From: Mobula hypostoma
Lineage: Eukaryota
Assembly: GCF_963921235.1 (NCBI RefSeq)
Contig: NC_086108.1
Span: forward strand, 34,908,001 to 34,972,000
Reading direction: 5' to 3'
DNA: 64,000 nt
The notes beneath the pieces are model-generated. The model worked only from the letters and a program-made list of their open reading frames with translations, was not told the origin of the DNA and ran no database searches. Shown piece by piece: positions 62,668-64,000 of this stretch. The stretch's first letter is position 1. Every line of letters starts with the position of its first letter. The position numbers and the translations under genes were made by a program.

Positions 62668-64000
62668 CAGTTGCAAGAAAAAGTTTCTGAACCCTTTACC
62701 AGGTTTTCTGCATTAATCACTCATAAAATGTGGTCTGATCTTCATCTAAGTCACAACAATAGACAAACACAATCTGCCTAAACTAATAACACATAAACAA
62801 TTGTACTTCTTGTCAATACTGAATACATTATTTAATCAATCACAGTCTAGATTCCAAGAATTATGTGAACCTCTACAAAAGCTAGCTGGAGTAAGGTGTT
62901 CCAATCAATGAGATGACATTGGAGATGTGGTTTGTTGAGGTGCCTTGCCCTATAAAAAAGACATATAAAGTCAGGTTGCTGACAGAGACCCTCTTCTCAA
63001 GAAAGATCTGTTTTTGTGCAATTTGCCTTGATCAGCACAACTTCCAGAGGCCCTTCGAAGAATTGTAGAGATGCACAAATCAGGAAAAGGCTACAAAAAC
63101 ATCTCTAAAGACCTAAGTATTTATCAGTCCACAATAAGAGAAATTGGAGGAAATTTAGTACTGTTGCCACTGTCCCTAAGATTGGGTGTCCTGCAAAGAT
63201 CCACCAAGAGCAGAATGTGCAATGCTGAAGAAGGTGAAAAAGAACCCAAGGGTAACAGCAAAAGATCTGCAGAAATCTCTAGAACTTGCTAAAGTCTCTG
63301 TTCATGTGTCCACTGTAAGAAACACATTGATCAAGAATAATGTTCATGGAAGGACACCATGTAGAAAACCACTGCTCTCCAAAAAAAAACATTGCTGCAC
63401 GCCTCAAGTTAGCAAAAGATCACCTGAATGTTCCACAAAGTTTATGGGACAATGTTCTATGGACAGACCAGACAAAAATTGAACTTTGTGGCAGAATTGC
63501 ACAGTGCTATGTTTGGAAGAAAAAGGGCAGTGCACATCAACAATAAAACTTTGACCCAACTGTGAAGCATAGTGGAAGGAGTATCATGGTTTGGGACTGC
63601 TCTGCTGCCTCAGGGCTTGAACATCTTGCAATTGTTGAGGGAATAATGAATTCAAAATTGTATCAAGACATTATACAGGAGAATGTCAGGGTAGTGGTCC
63701 ATCACCTGAGACTTAATAGAAATTGGATGATGCAACAAGACAATGATCTGAAACACAAGATTAAATCAACAACAGAATGGTTTAAAAAGAAGAAAATTTC
63801 TGCTATGGAATGGCCACGTCAAAGTCCAGACCTTAACCCAATTGAGATGCTGTTGCATGACCTGAAGAGGGATGTTCATGCAAGGTATCACAGAAATATT
63901 GATGAACTGAAACAGTTTTGTATGGAGGAATAGCGACGAAGCAGGTTCTACTAGTACTAAGTACAAGGGTTCACATACTTATTCCAGCCTGGACTGTGAA
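62668..64000 (+). mobile_element. Tc1 DNA transposon (IR/DR type) running off the window end
   Basis: TA followed by cagttgcaagaaaaagtttctgaaccc; inner direct repeat at ~62842-62873 mirrored at ~63964-63999. Confidence 0.92.
63021..63933 (+). pseudogene. Inactive Tc1 DD34E transposase
   Basis: Fragments MHKSGKGYKNISK, VLWTDQTKIEL, KHSGRSIMVW and QQDNDLKH...WPRQSPDLNPIE (34 residues between the second D and E); several frameshifts and a premature stop. Confidence 0.92.

Noticed and set aside
60188..64000. Penultimate UHMK1 exon
   Set aside because: I could not find the expected EEC.KYG.V.SL..P.ENPG.GQ peptide; it probably lies beyond the window.

Overview
Vertebrate genomic DNA, most likely from a cartilaginous fish (ray-like repeat landscape of CR1 LINEs, Penelope ends, Rex/Babar tails, V-SINEs and Tc1/mariner MITEs; the taxon is my inference). 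Three protein-coding genes can be recognised from their translations: the last coding exon of NOS1AP/CAPON (+, 599-999, ending in the PDZ ligand EIAV), two coding exons of a C1orf226 orthologue (+, 18484-18820 and 24682-25243), and the last coding exon of UHMK1/KIS (-, 60030-60185; not in the ORF track), followed by a probable ~7.3 kb 3' UTR. The rest is intronic or intergenic and rich in transposable elements, often nested. The most notable feature is an internal splice donor in the NOS1AP last exon (TTAG|GTATGG at 748/749) that joins in frame to the C1orf226 acceptor at 18484. This predicts a NOS1AP-C1orf226 chimeric protein lacking the nNOS-binding tail, an arrangement known in mammals and apparently also present here. 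Other points of interest: a composite Tc1-type element bounded by two mini-hairpin MITEs, three solo LTRs with perfect target-site duplications, minimal hammerhead ribozyme motifs in Penelope ends, and UHMK1 inverted relative to the human gene order. I found no prokaryotic system, CRISPR array or clearly new gene family. Gene and repeat identities come from recalled sequence similarity, not database searches, and boundaries of degraded repeats are approximate.
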